The notes beneath the pieces are model-generated. The model saw only the letters and a list, made by a program, of their open reading frames with translations. It did not search any database and was not told the origin of the DNA. DNA of 64,000 nt from Stegostoma tigrinum (taxonomy: Eukaryota), in the NCBI RefSeq assembly GCF_030684315.1, contig NC_081364.1:56276588-56340587 (forward strand). The letters are read 5' to 3'. The translations under genes were made by a program, and so were the position numbers. Below, piece by piece: positions 62,201 to 64,000 of this stretch (position 1 is its first letter; each line of letters begins with the position of its first letter).

Positions 62201-64000
62201 GTATGTGATAAAACAGGGTAAATGTCATGCTCCCCCACTTCACTGTACTACCTAAATGGCAAATTGATTCTGATCCCTTTGAAATGGTGTGAACTAAGGT
62301 GGAGGTATGGGTGGGTGACCATCTGCTATATGAGGGGCAGCCAGTCGTTTAGATTATTAAACGAAGTTGTGTATTTGAATGTTTATCTTTGTTTCTGGAG
62401 TAACATTGCCTCACCCAGTTTTGTGGATCTCTGTAAACTAGACTGATGAAGGGAAATGGATACATCTCATAGGCTAAGGGGAACAGTAGAGCTCCCCCTC
62501 CCCAGTTTATTAACAACATTTGCTTCCATTCTGCAAATGAGCTCATCTGCCATCATTAATCACCTCCCTGCCATATTACCCTCCAATGTGGTTGGATTTC
62601 CGAGCAATTGAAGGCTCCATAGATTCTTAACCGACCTCCCACATCTAAAGCCTACACCCCTCAATTCTGATCGGAGTATTCTCATTGATGGATCAGTTAA
62701 GTCCAGCTAGGATCCAAAGGCTCCCAAGTTGACTAGATGACCACGTTGACATGGAAGAGAAAAAGTCAAATAGCCATTACTGCAATGGTAATGAGCCAAT
62801 GGAAAGCACTAAGTGTTAAATTCTTGATTCTTTTCCATTTTGAAAAGCAAACATTAATGAGAATAAGAAAACAATGCTTCAATCTTATCAAAGAAACGCA
62901 GCACATTTGCATAAAGCATTGGTGAGCTGTGACAAATTCCAATGGAACTTTACCTAGAAATTTATATATTTCATCTCTCTTAGATAGTACTCTACATTAA
63001 GTAGTTAGATTCAGTGAAGTAATGAGTGAATTTGTATGACAAGATTAATTTGGTCTATGAGATTAATTTGAACTCAGTTCTGAAATATATTATTCATGAA
63101 TGGTGCATACATTCTCATTCATAATGAGGTCATTCCATTAATCCTCTCAGTATGTGTAGTGATCAAATACATTATGATAATTTGTTTCTGGTGCAAATGA
63201 TGGTATGGAAAGGTAGGAAGATGTCATCGTGAATGTGAAGACTTCAAATATGTACATTAGCAAGAGCAATGTTCTATTGTTATTGAGTGATGTGTCAGTT
63301 TGATTTTGAATGTTCAGTGCCAGTAATTGTAATTCTTGTCATGTATTTAAAGAACAAATTAGTTTACTGTCTGTTGTCAAACAACTGGTTTAGCACACTG
63401 TCAGATGTTTCACCTCACTCACAAAACTGTTGTTGGAGGAATTACAAAAGCCACACAATAGTGGTCCTATGAGGTCTCTGAGGGGAGTGGGGTGCTTGGG
63501 TGGATGAATATTATTGAATATTATTGGGCCACCTGAGTACTCAAGGCCTCTGGGCATCAAGCAGATTGGCACATTAGAGGCAGTGCTACCCCAGAACCCT
63601 GAGTCCTCGGTAGTTACGAATCATAGCGGCCGATTCAGTCCAGGGTTACAGATGGACTGAAGGAGCTGACCAGGGCTGAGCACAACTGTCAACAGATGCA
63701 CGTGATTCTGGCCTCCAGCTCCTCTGCCACATATCAGATATTGGGTTACCACTGTCACTGCCAGGCTTTGAGCTGACCCATTTGTCCTCATGACATTTTA
63801 ATTTTCCGGCTAAACAATAACAATTGATGGATGACTATTCTCCATCTTTAGATCTCTTGGCCTGGATTCAGGGACACAATCCCAGGAGTCAATAACTCCC
63901 CATTCCCATTTCTGATGATTTTCGCCCGGCACAGGATCAAATCAGCTGCACACAAGCCTTTGCAGACTCCACCGCAGGGTTGTGTATTTTAATTGCACTT

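Overview
Eukaryotic, repeat-rich, apparently non-genic (intronic or intergenic) DNA from a cartilaginous fish. HE1-type tRNA SINEs, HER1/CR1 LINEs and Deu-domain SINEs point to an elasmobranch, possibly a carpet shark; this is inferred from recalled repeat consensus sequences, not from a search. I could not recognise any host protein-coding exon. Most listed ORFs are chance ORFs or retroelement remnants (CR1, L2, Rex1/Babar, RTE, and Penelope/Neptune RT plus GIY-YIG). There are four solo LTRs (one ERV-like with a clean TSD), probable PIF/Harbinger debris, a 141-nt assembly gap, and several TE-free blocks that resemble conserved non-coding elements. The most structured signal is a set of Penelope-like element (PLE) ends from at least three families. 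They carry minimal type I hammerhead-ribozyme motifs with compensated stem II. They also insert repeatedly as 120-220 bp asymmetric fold-back mini-elements, most with 9-16 bp target-site duplications: one arm stops at a fixed internal site and the other carries an extra 30-40 nt tail. Old repeat boundaries are approximate; TSD-defined boundaries were read directly from the sequence.
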